This document shows, in pieces, positions 55,986 to 63,406 of a DNA stretch of 64,000 bases. This stretch comes from a virus (taxonomy: Duplodnaviria > Caudoviricetes). A program made the translations under genes and the position numbers. Where the stretch lies: positions 1 through 64,000 of the IMG/VR virus record IMGVR_UViG_3300014204_013734; one strand, 5' to 3'. Within the stretch, counting starts at the first letter, position 1; every line of letters starts with the position of its first letter. The notes beneath the pieces are model-generated. The model was given only the letters and a program-made list of their open reading frames with translations. It did no database searches and had not been told where the DNA came from.

Positions 55986-56061
55986 AAATGATCCGTTCAA
56001 TGATTTCAAGGTAGGGTTTAGAAGTTCGTTCTTTGAAATACTTGAAAAGATACCTCATTTT

Positions 56062-56136
56062 GAGGGATTAACTCAGTGGTAGAGTGCCGGTCCTACAAAC
56101 CGGATGTCGGCGGATCGTTCCCGCCATCCCTCACCA
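56062..56136 (+). tRNA. Atypical tRNA-Val(UAC), CCA encoded
   Basis: C33; T-loop ATCGTTC. Confidence 0.75.
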
Positions 56137-56148
56137 ACCTATAACTAG

Positions 56149-56226
56149 CCGCCCGTCGCCCAACTGGAAAGGGCACCAGGCTACGAACCTGGAACAGTGG
56201 GGATTCGACCTCCTCCGGGCGGACCA
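56149..56226 (+). tRNA. tRNA-Arg(ACG), CCA encoded
   Basis: Cloverleaf. Confidence 0.85.
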
Positions 56227-56249
56227 TTTCATTCTGGGGGCTATCCAAA

Positions 56250-56278
56250 GTGTTCCCCACTTACGTGGGGCTGTTCCA
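56250..56278 (+). repeat. Solitary type I-E CRISPR-repeat-like unit 3
   Basis: GTGTTCCCCACTTACGTGGGGCTGTTCCA, 29 nt. Confidence 0.55.
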
Positions 56279-56303
56279 GGCGAGTTCAAACCTTGCCCCA
56301 GAT

Positions 56304-56376
56304 GCGGGAATAGCTCAGTTGGTAGAGCAATAGCCTTCCAAGCTATGGGCCACGGGTTCAAGTCCCGTTTCCCGCT
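56304..56376 (+). tRNA. tRNA-Gly(UCC), no CCA
   Basis: Cloverleaf; U73. Confidence 0.9.
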
Positions 56377-56463
56377 ACCCGGTCAAACCAGACAGCCTTC
56401 ACGACGGCGCCGGGTGTCAACCTGTGAATCCTTTTCAAAGGGTTTACAGGGCTAATGGTCTGG
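56377..56463 (+). ncRNA. HDV-like ribozyme 7
   Basis: P1 ACCCGGT/GCCGGGT; P2 CCAGAC/GTCTGG; GCTAA. Confidence 0.85.
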
Positions 56464-56476
56464 AAAACAATAATTT

Positions 56477-56551
56477 GCGAACGTAGTGCAGTGGTAGCAC
56501 GCAACCTTGCCATGGTTGAAGTCACGGGTTCAAATCCCGTCGTTCGCTCCA
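56477..56551 (+). tRNA. tRNA-Gly(GCC), CCA encoded
   Basis: Cloverleaf. Confidence 0.9.
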
Positions 56552-56563
56552 TTTTTTATTCAA

Positions 56564-56638
56564 AACCCTGTAGACTACCGACTAGGTCAGGAGCCCCTCA
56601 AGCTCCAGGAACGGGGTTGGCACCCGTCAGGGTTACCA
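56564..56638 (+). tRNA. Atypical tRNA with CUC anticodon (Glu), CCA encoded
   Basis: Stems intact; C33; T-loop TTGGCAC. Confidence 0.7.
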
Positions 56639-56641
56639 TAT

Positions 56642-56717
56642 GGGGCTGTAGCTCAGTTGGAAGAGTGCTTGCTTCGCATGCAAGAGGTCGGGGTTTCGAA
56701 TACCCCCAGCTCCACCA
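56642..56717 (+). tRNA. tRNA-Ala(CGC), CCA encoded
   Basis: Cloverleaf; G3-U70. Confidence 0.9.
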
Positions 56718-56720
56718 TTT

Positions 56721-57083
56721 TCATTCTTCCCAATCAGGTTCCCATGAAGCTTCAATTTCGGCATCGATGCGGGCCTGCCGGTGTTCCATCCGATGACAAT
56801 TGGGACAGAGGATTCGCAGGTTGTGCAGGCGGTTGTCATGATGGTCAAAATTGATGTGGTGGACTTCCAGGACTTCCGAACATAGGTCCCACCCGCAGCA
56901 ATCACACCTGTGGGGGTTGTTGCCGAAGGCGAGTTTCCTGTAGGACTTCAACTTCATGATCCGCCAGGACCGCCGATGCTTGCGGCAGCACCAAAACACA
57001 CCCGTTTTGGATCGGGCGATGGCAGCGGCAGTTCGGTAGATTGGTTTTCCACAGAAAGCGCATTGTTGGTTAGGATTGGGCAT
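56721..57083 (-). CDS. HNH endonuclease, antisense within the tRNA array
   Basis: LEVHHINFDHHDNRLHNLRILCPNCH. Confidence 0.85.
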   Translation of the reverse strand: MPNPNQQCAFCGKPIYRTAAAIARSKTGVFWCCRKHRRSWRIMKLKSYRKLAFGNNPHRCDCCGWDLCSEVLEVHHINFDHHDNRLHNLRILCPNCHRMEHRQARIDAEIEASWEPDWEE

Positions 57084-57118
57084 GTCAAGTTCCTTTCAGG
57101 GTAGAATACCCTGTTCGG

Positions 57119-57192
57119 TCTGGGATGGTCTAGTGGCAAGACTTTGGGCCTTGGACCCAAAAACGGAAGTTCGAACCTTCCTCCCAGAACCA
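57119..57192 (+). tRNA. tRNA-Gln(UUG), C33, CCA encoded
   Basis: Anticodon arm TTGGG-CCTTGGA-CCCAA. Confidence 0.85.
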
Positions 57193-57220
57193 TTTTCTTG
57201 AACCGAAAGGAAAACGAAAA

Positions 57221-57415
57221 ATGTCAACATGTAAAACGTGCGGAAAAACATGGACGAAAGACCATCCGGTTTCAAAATTCTGGTTCACATGCAAACCGGA
57301 TGAGGGAACCAGCGAAGGACATCCGTTTGACAATATGACAATCATCGGATACCCTAATTGCCGGCCAGACTGGCCCCCGCCGCCTGAATTGGAACCCATT
57401 TTCGGAGAAGGATAA
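57221..57415 (+). CDS. Hypothetical protein
   Basis: AAGGA RBS; CKTC. Confidence 0.6.
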   Translation: MSTCKTCGKTWTKDHPVSKFWFTCKPDEGTSEGHPFDNMTIIGYPNCRPDWPPPPELEPIFGEG

Positions 57416-57418
57416 TAC

Positions 57419-57658
57419 ATGCCTTGGGACGACAGATTGGTGTGGGAAAAGAAAGGCTTCATTACCTTCATTGGGGACGATGAATTTGAAGCTGAACTTG
57501 ACGACGGTTCTCTCTACCAGGGATGCAATGAAGATTTTTGCGTCCAAGAACAAAGTAAAGTATCCATCGGTCTGAGGATAATTATCAGGCATTGGAAAAG
57601 ACACTATCAGGAGGGACAGTATTCAGGCTTGAAGTTGTGGCAGACCGTCTTGGAATAA
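57419..57658 (+). CDS. Hypothetical protein
   Basis: 79 aa ORF. Confidence 0.6.
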   Translation: MPWDDRLVWEKKGFITFIGDDEFEAELDDGSLYQGCNEDFCVQEQSKVSIGLRIIIRHWKRHYQEGQYSGLKLWQTVLE

Positions 57659-57970
57659 CACCGTCACCGAAAGAAGAAACGACATGGAAAATTTCCTGTT
57701 TGTCGTGTTTTTGGTGAAATGTCCCGTGTGTGGGTCGGAAAAGATTTTCCTGGGTTTGGTTGGGACCAACATAGCCAAATGCCTCAACTGTAGTGCCCGT
57801 ATAATGCTGTCCTGAACCAACGGAGGACCGGTTGGCATGAAGACAATAGTAGAAATCTTTGGGGTACTTGGGATTGTAGTCTGCACTACCTTGAAATTTG
57901 ACAAAGGTGTAGACGTGTGCAAGAATCTAGTTCTCATGGTAGCCCCTTACGACATGAAAGACTGAATCAT

Positions 57971-58042
57971 GGCGGACTGCATCGGGTATGCCGGACGGTT
58001 TCATAAGCCGTTCCGCGAAGGGATCGTGTCCCTCGTCCGCTA
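57971..58042 (+). tRNA. Highly atypical tRNA with CAU anticodon
   Basis: GGCGGAC/GTCCGCT acceptor; ACGGT-TTCATAA-GCCGT; aberrant D and T loops. Confidence 0.55.
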
Positions 58043-58043
58043 C

Positions 58044-58114
58044 GTGGGTATGGCCGAGAGGCAAGGCACGGGTCTGCAAAACCCGGCACCCCGGTCCAAA
58101 TCCGGGTGCCCACT
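58044..58114 (+). tRNA. tRNA-Cys(GCA), no CCA
   Basis: Cloverleaf; U73. Confidence 0.9.
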
Positions 58115-58189
58115 GCCCGACAGAACCGAGCAACCTCCACGAAGGTGTCGGGCGTCAACCTATGGGAAACCACAGGGCCAATTGCTTGG
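58115..58189 (+). ncRNA. HDV-like ribozyme 8
   Basis: P1 GCCCGAC/GTCGGGC; P3 ACC/GGT; GCCAA. Confidence 0.85.
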
Positions 58190-58221
58190 ATAATTGCTTG
58201 GGTTAACAAGGAGGGATTCCG

Positions 58222-58888
58222 ATGGAACAAAGGCTGATTGAAATCAGGGCCGCCGAAGGCGGGGAAGATGCCAAGTTGTTGGTCAACGACCAGTTAGGGG
58301 TGTACACGAAGGTGTGTGCCATCTACGGTCTTTGAAACCGAATACATTGACGCACGTCCGGGTTTTATCAGCTTTACGGTCACCGGGGAAAAGGTTGCCG
58401 TATTTGACCAGGAAGCAGGTGGCCACAGATGGCAAAGGGTCCCCCCAACCGAACGAAAGGGACGGGTTCACACTTCAACAATAACGGTTGCCGTTCTCCC
58501 GCTTCGTGAATCCGTGGAATGCCTTGATTTGAAGGATGTAGTGATTGAAACCACGAGAGGTTCGGGACCTGGCGGGCAGCACCGGAACATGACGGACAGT
58601 TGTGTAGTCGTCCGGCACATCCCGACAAAAATCTCTGTCCGAGTTGACATGCGGTCGCAACACCAAAGCCGACGCATGGCTTTGGCCATCTTGTCGGCTC
58701 GGTTGCAGGAACGGGAAGAAACGGCTTCCCTGGACGCTGCAAACAAACAGCGCAAAAGCCAGATCGGTTCTGGTCAGCGTGGGGACAAGATACGTACCTA
58801 CCGGACACAGGATGACCTAGTGAAGGACCACAGGACGGGCAAGAAGATGTCCCTGCACCGTTGGGTAGAAGGAAGATGGGATTGGTAA
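58222..58888 (+). CDS. Class I peptide chain release factor-like protein (RF1-type PxT, GGQ), made via +1 frameshift at 58330-58335
   Basis: Frame 0 IEIRAAEGGEDA ends CTT-TGA; +1 frame has EAGGHRWQRVPPTE.KGRVHTS, GPGGQ, KIRTY. Confidence 0.85.
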
Positions 58889-58914
58889 TAGGTTCCCTCA
58901 AAGAGGTGCCGGCA

Positions 58915-59106
58915 ATGAAAAGAAGCCCGCAGATACCTGTTGAAGAACTGAAAGTACGGATTGAACGGACAAAAGCTTTTCTTTCTACGCCGGAAGGACG
59001 AAAGCAACTGCAAGAAGCCTTCCGTCGTGGGGAAGAAGAAGCGGAACGCATCAAAAAGGCGTGCATTCCAACCCTTCAATCCCTTGAAGAACCCTGCACC
59101 ATCTAA
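58915..59106 (+). CDS. Hypothetical protein
   Basis: GAGGTG RBS. Confidence 0.55.
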   Translation: MKRSPQIPVEELKVRIERTKAFLSTPEGRKQLQEAFRRGEEEAERIKKACIPTLQSLEEPCTI

Positions 59107-59112
59107 GTTGAA

Positions 59113-59189
59113 GGTCCTGTAGCTTAATTGGTCAAAGTCTCCGCCTCATAAGCGGCAAGATCCGGGTTCGAGGCCCGGCAGGACCACCA
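59113..59189 (+). tRNA. tRNA-Met or Ile2 (CAU), CCA encoded
   Basis: Cloverleaf. Confidence 0.85.
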
Positions 59190-59367
59190 ATTCATGAAAG
59201 GAACTCCATGAGCGGAGCACAATGTAAATACCGATCCGTGTCCAGCACCTGTCAGGACTGCGGGGAAACCTTCGTTTACATCAAGAACGGATCCTTTACG
59301 AAACAACGTTGGCGTTGCGACAAATGTGACCAAAAAGCCAAGGAATTCCGTAGGAAAGACAAGCAAC

Positions 59368-59676
59368 ATGCCGACAGACCTAAAATGCCCTTTGTGTGGC
59401 CGGATGATGCCCCCGGGTTTGATGGAAAAGCATCACCTGCGTACCCGTCGAACGGACAAGGACGAAACGGAAAAGGTTTGCCGGGAATGTCACAAAACGA
59501 TCCATGCTTTGTTCCGGAATCAAGACCTGCGGGATCCCCGATTAGGACTTGACAATTTGGAAGGGCTTATGGAAGATGGATGTTTCATCAAGGCATTGGG
59601 ATTCATCAGGAAACTTCCGCCGGGCAGCTTCTTGACTACCAGGGAATCCAATCACCGGAAAGGACACAAACGATGA
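59368..59676 (+). CDS. Small HNH-like protein
   Basis: CPLCGR...HHL...CRECHKTIHALF. Confidence 0.7.
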   Translation: MPTDLKCPLCGRMMPPGLMEKHHLRTRRTDKDETEKVCRECHKTIHALFRNQDLRDPRLGLDNLEGLMEDGCFIKALGFIRKLPPGSFLTTRESNHRKGHKR

Positions 59677-59879
59677 CGGAAAAGATATTGCTGGGCATCC
59701 TCAAGTTCACGAGCCTTCCTAAAAATCACTGACTAGCCCTCTTAGGACCTATTATGTCACACTGCCCTGTAGTTATAGGGCAGTGTGACATATGAGTTCT
59801 GGGGCCAACCTAGCCCTAAATAAAAGTCCTGTCGCTGTCCTGTTCGGTTCCTTCCTGTACTGTAAGAAAGGGTTGTGTC

Positions 59880-60428
59880 ATGGATGCGCAGGTTTTGGCG
59901 TTAAATAGCGGCTACATGCCCATTGACATCATTCCGTGGCGGCAAGCCATCACCGATGTTTTCAGCGGCCGTGCCGTGGTTGAGGAAAACTATGAAGACC
60001 TGTTCATCAGGACTTCATCCATGTCATTTCCTATGCCCTCCATTATCCGGTTCGTGACGAAAGCTTTCGGATTCTTCCGCCGGGGTGTCAAATTCAACCG
60101 GAAGAACATTTGGCTCCGGGACCGGGGTGTCTGCCAGTACTGTGGTCACAAAGTGCCCGTAACCAACTTCACCTTTGACCACGTAGTTCCGCGGAACCAG
60201 GGCGGAAAGTCCGTGTGGGAAAACATCGTTGTGGCGTGTCATCCCTGCAACCAGAAGAAGAAGGATATGACCCCGGTACAGGCGAAGATGAAGCTCCTGA
60301 CGAAACCCATCAGGCCGAAGAACCTTCCTGGGTTATGGACCCCGATGGGTTGGAAGGAAGAAATGCCCAAATCTTGGAAGGCGTTCCTTGCTTCCGAACG
60401 TTACTGGAACGACACGTTGGACGCATGA
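59880..60428 (+). CDS. HNH endonuclease (McrA-like)
   Basis: RDRGVCQYCG; TFDHVVPR.QGG.S.WEN.V.AC..CN. Confidence 0.9.
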   Translation: MDAQVLALNSGYMPIDIIPWRQAITDVFSGRAVVEENYEDLFIRTSSMSFPMPSIIRFVTKAFGFFRRGVKFNRKNIWLRDRGVCQYCGHKVPVTNFTFDHVVPRNQGGKSVWENIVVACHPCNQKKKDMTPVQAKMKLLTKPIRPKNLPGLWTPMGWKEEMPKSWKAFLASERYWNDTLDA

Positions 60429-60430
60429 AA

Positions 60431-60464
60431 CGAAAAGGCCAGGGAAGCTTCCCTGGCCTTTTCG
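60431..60464. terminator. Bidirectional terminator between convergent genes
   Basis: GAAAAGGCCAGGGA-AGCT-TCCCTGGCCTTTTC. Confidence 0.75.
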
Positions 60465-60479
60465 GTCTTTGGACGAAAG

Positions 60480-61109
60480 TTACTTTTCAGGCAAGGCCGG
60501 TTTCTTCCCGAACACGTCAAGAGGCTCGTTGTCCTTGCCTTCCCTGAAAACCGCTTCGGTCTTGGTGCTGGTCACGATAGAATAATCCAGGACGGTGATT
60601 TTGCCGTCGCCATCAATGTCCTTCGCCGGAGCGTTATCACCAACCATGACGTTGGGGATGTCAAAAAAGCCACGGTAGACCGATCCGGGGAATTGTTGGA
60701 TATGGTCCCGGAACCTGCGTTGCTTGTCCGCCAGATCCTTCTGGCCTTGGGCGAAGGTGTTACGCCCCGCTTCAATGACATCTTGAATCTTGCGGTACAT
60801 TCCCGGATCCAAAGTGGGGTTGGATTCCTGGATCCACTTCATCATAGGGCTTTCCCCAACGGGATAACGTGCCTGCATCAAACCCAAGTAAAGGTCCTTG
60901 GCATCGCCCTTGTATTCCTGGGTAACTTGGGCAACTTCCTTCACCGACTTCTAGAACTTGTCGTAGTCGGCCTTGTTGGCCGACACTTGTGCAACGGTCG
61001 TGTTCTGGAGTGCGACCGCCGTGTTGCTCCACGAAATGCCCCCGAAGACGACCACAAGGACCGTCACGAAGACAAACAACCCGATCCCGATTCCGATTAC
61101 CTTAGCCAT
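60480..61109 (-). pseudogene. LemA-like membrane-anchored protein interrupted by an in-frame TAG (60951-60953)
   Basis: Two ORFs in one frame: ...YDKF*KSVKEVAQV...WIQESNP. Confidence 0.65.
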
Positions 61110-62185
61110 TAGTTTCTCCTTTTGAAGCGTTGTTTCCATTTGTCACCGAAGATGTCTTGTTCGTGTGCCCACCAAATCAGGCCACACGACAACCCGATAG
61201 CCATTACGTACAAGAGGACAAGAACCCACGTAGGCGGAGTCGCCGCCGATGCGAGATATTCCCATTCAGCCATTGGTGTCCGGACGAATTTCGTGCTGAT
61301 GGCATTTCGAATAACGCCAAGACCCTTTTCCCACTCATCCGTTCTCAAACCTTGCAGGCCATCCCGCAAAGCAATTTTCAAGTCTTCAACCCTTGAAAGC
61401 GTAACAACCCGGACCCAATTGAACTTACCGTCCTTGACACCGATCACGATGTTGACCGAATTCTTCGGTCCGTACAACCACTTAGCTTCAAGGGCATCAG
61501 CCCAAATCGGGTCTGTTTTATCCGTGACGATCATTGTCACATCAACCTGATTTGATGCCCCCAAGTCAGCGTTGATTTCCAGCAATTCCCGATTCCATTC
61601 GGGCGGCAGGACTATCCCCGCACTGACGACTTTAGAGACTTTGTACAAATCGTGGATTGCCGGGAAAGGCGGGACGGTTTCCAACATAGCCGGATCAGCG
61701 ACTTTGTTGACGAGGCTGTAGGGGTCCGCTTTGAGGTAGTTTTGGAAGTGATGGGCGACCGCCGCCGGTTCTCCGATTATGGCGTTCGTCCATGCCTTCG
61801 GGACGTTGCTTTCCCAAGGTTCACAGGAATCAACGGAAATGGAATCCCCCGTTGAAACGGAAAGGGACCACCAATAATCATGGGGATGGGCACATTCTTC
61901 GTGGGATGACGTACAATTACCGTCCTTGTCCCTGGAATCGCATACGGACCGGCAATGGCAGCAACCTTGAGACCCGTGATCCTTGCTGGTGATCCGTCCG
62001 TTCCAGTGTTCCACGTCTCTCATGGAACCCCATTTGCAGATCTGGAACCCTCCGGCACATACAAGGCATCCAATGCCCGTAATGAGCAGGAGCTCTTTCC
62101 AGGAAATCCTGCTTGGCCACAGAGAATATGCGGCAGTTCCGAGGACCAAGGGAACTAGAACCAATCCCAGCATGTGCATGGGCAA
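61109..62185 (-). CDS. Membrane protein
   Basis: Two N-terminal TM segments, one C-terminal; Cys-rich loop. Confidence 0.8.
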   Translation of the reverse strand: MPMHMLGLVLVPLVLGTAAYSLWPSRISWKELLLITGIGCLVCAGGFQICKWGSMRDVEHWNGRITSKDHGSQGCCHCRSVCDSRDKDGNCTSSHEECAHPHDYWWSLSVSTGDSISVDSCEPWESNVPKAWTNAIIGEPAAVAHHFQNYLKADPYSLVNKVADPAMLETVPPFPAIHDLYKVSKVVSAGIVLPPEWNRELLEINADLGASNQVDVTMIVTDKTDPIWADALEAKWLYGPKNSVNIVIGVKDGKFNWVRVVTLSRVEDLKIALRDGLQGLRTDEWEKGLGVIRNAISTKFVRTPMAEWEYLASAATPPTWVLVLLYVMAIGLSCGLIWWAHEQDIFGDKWKQRFKRRN

Positions 62186-62189
62186 CCTC

Positions 62190-62954
62190 TTATCTTTCCT
62201 CTTTCAACAATTCAGCCGCAAGATTACGTTTCAATGCTTCTGGAGCAATTCCAATGATCCAGTTTTTGCCGCCGAAGGGCCATGTGGTCGTTGAAATGGC
62301 AATTTCCGGAATGTTGTATTCCTGGCCCCATTTTTCAATTCGGATAAAGTTTTCCCCGTTTGAATTCGTGACGGCTTCAAGCGAGAGACGGTATGTAGAG
62401 GGAATGGGTGCGCCGGACAACAGGCACCCGATTCGGTCAAACAACCAAAGAAAAAGATCCCCGTCTTTGTTCGGGTCATATCCTGCTTTGGTACAAGCCC
62501 CAAAGAAACGCCAAAATTCGCAGGAATCCGTTGCACGGGAACGAAGGTACAAATTGTCACAAGCGTTGGAAAATAACTGAGCATCCTTCAACCAAGTTGC
62601 ATCATCCTGTCTTGGTTTCGGTCTTGGCGTGAATGAAAAGACCACGCGGATTACTGAATTTCGGGAAGTTTCAGTTAAGGCATAAGCCCCTTTATCCATA
62701 CAGTAACCCCATTTGCAACACGTTTCCGTGGCTTGCACCAGGTTGAATCCTGGAATCACGTCCATCAAAACGAACATGGTGCTTTCATCATTTTCAGGAG
62801 GGATGGTTGATTGGGAAGCCAGCTTGGCTTCAATTTCAGCTTTCCTGGAAACCAATCCGGCCCGTTCAATTACGCTGGATTCGGGGAGTAGTGTAATTAG
62901 ATGTTCCAGCGCAGTCCCTTCCGCCTGGAGCGAATTGTATTCCTTGATGTCCAT
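62190..62954 (-). CDS. Hypothetical protein
   Basis: 254 aa; GAGGT RBS. Confidence 0.7.
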   Translation of the reverse strand: MDIKEYNSLQAEGTALEHLITLLPESSVIERAGLVSRKAEIEAKLASQSTIPPENDESTMFVLMDVIPGFNLVQATETCCKWGYCMDKGAYALTETSRNSVIRVVFSFTPRPKPRQDDATWLKDAQLFSNACDNLYLRSRATDSCEFWRFFGACTKAGYDPNKDGDLFLWLFDRIGCLLSGAPIPSTYRLSLEAVTNSNGENFIRIEKWGQEYNIPEIAISTTTWPFGGKNWIIGIAPEALKRNLAAELLKEER

Positions 62955-62963
62955 GGTTCAACC

Positions 62964-63392
62964 TCACTTTCCGAACATTGCCCAATGCGGAGCAATAGCG
63001 CAAATGGCGGTAGATTCCCCATACGTTTTATTCCAGTCCGTGTCGTTGAACACAGCGAACCCGCGCAGGTTGTCCCCATCTTGATCCGGTCTCTTCCCGT
63101 AAGGATTCTGCGCAAGCCAGCTCTCTACCATCGGGACAACTGCATCTAAATCAAGCGGGGCTGGAAACTTGGAAACCAAAATTTGGTTATGATCGGGAAA
63201 GGCCCAATGAAGAACCAACGCCTTGGCAGGTTGGTCTTCATGCCCATAACTGGGGATAGTTGTGTCCTTGACGGAAAACCCTACGGCAGTTTGGTAGGCG
63301 TCAAAGAAGAACGACAACGCCCGTTTAAGGTGTTCCGTCCCCAAAGAACGGACAGTGACGTGGAAGTTACTGTGGTTAAGGAAGTTCTTCAT
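62964..63392 (-). CDS. Conserved phage protein
   Basis: PDQDGDNLRGF...PHWAMFGK. Confidence 0.7.
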   Translation of the reverse strand: MKNFLNHSNFHVTVRSLGTEHLKRALSFFFDAYQTAVGFSVKDTTIPSYGHEDQPAKALVLHWAFPDHNQILVSKFPAPLDLDAVVPMVESWLAQNPYGKRPDQDGDNLRGFAVFNDTDWNKTYGESTAICAIAPHWAMFGK

Positions 63393-63406
63393 GGGGGTGT
63401 TTCCTT

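Noticed and set aside
48959-56278. A true CRISPR array
   Set aside because: The repeat-like units are kilobases apart, there is no repeat-spacer periodicity, and no cas genes are present
54554-56854. ORFs spanning tRNA genes (e.g. 54554-55033, 56084-56455, 56455-56796)
   Set aside because: They overlap tRNAs and ribozymes and are likely spurious
49285-58189. Post-tRNA repeats as introns, terminators or mobile repeats
   Set aside because: They lie outside complete tRNA bodies, lack U tracts, and fit the HDV pseudoknot with covariation
58316-58888. Release factor starting at GTG 58316
   Set aside because: It would lack the conserved EIRA..GG segment, which is encoded upstream in the other frame
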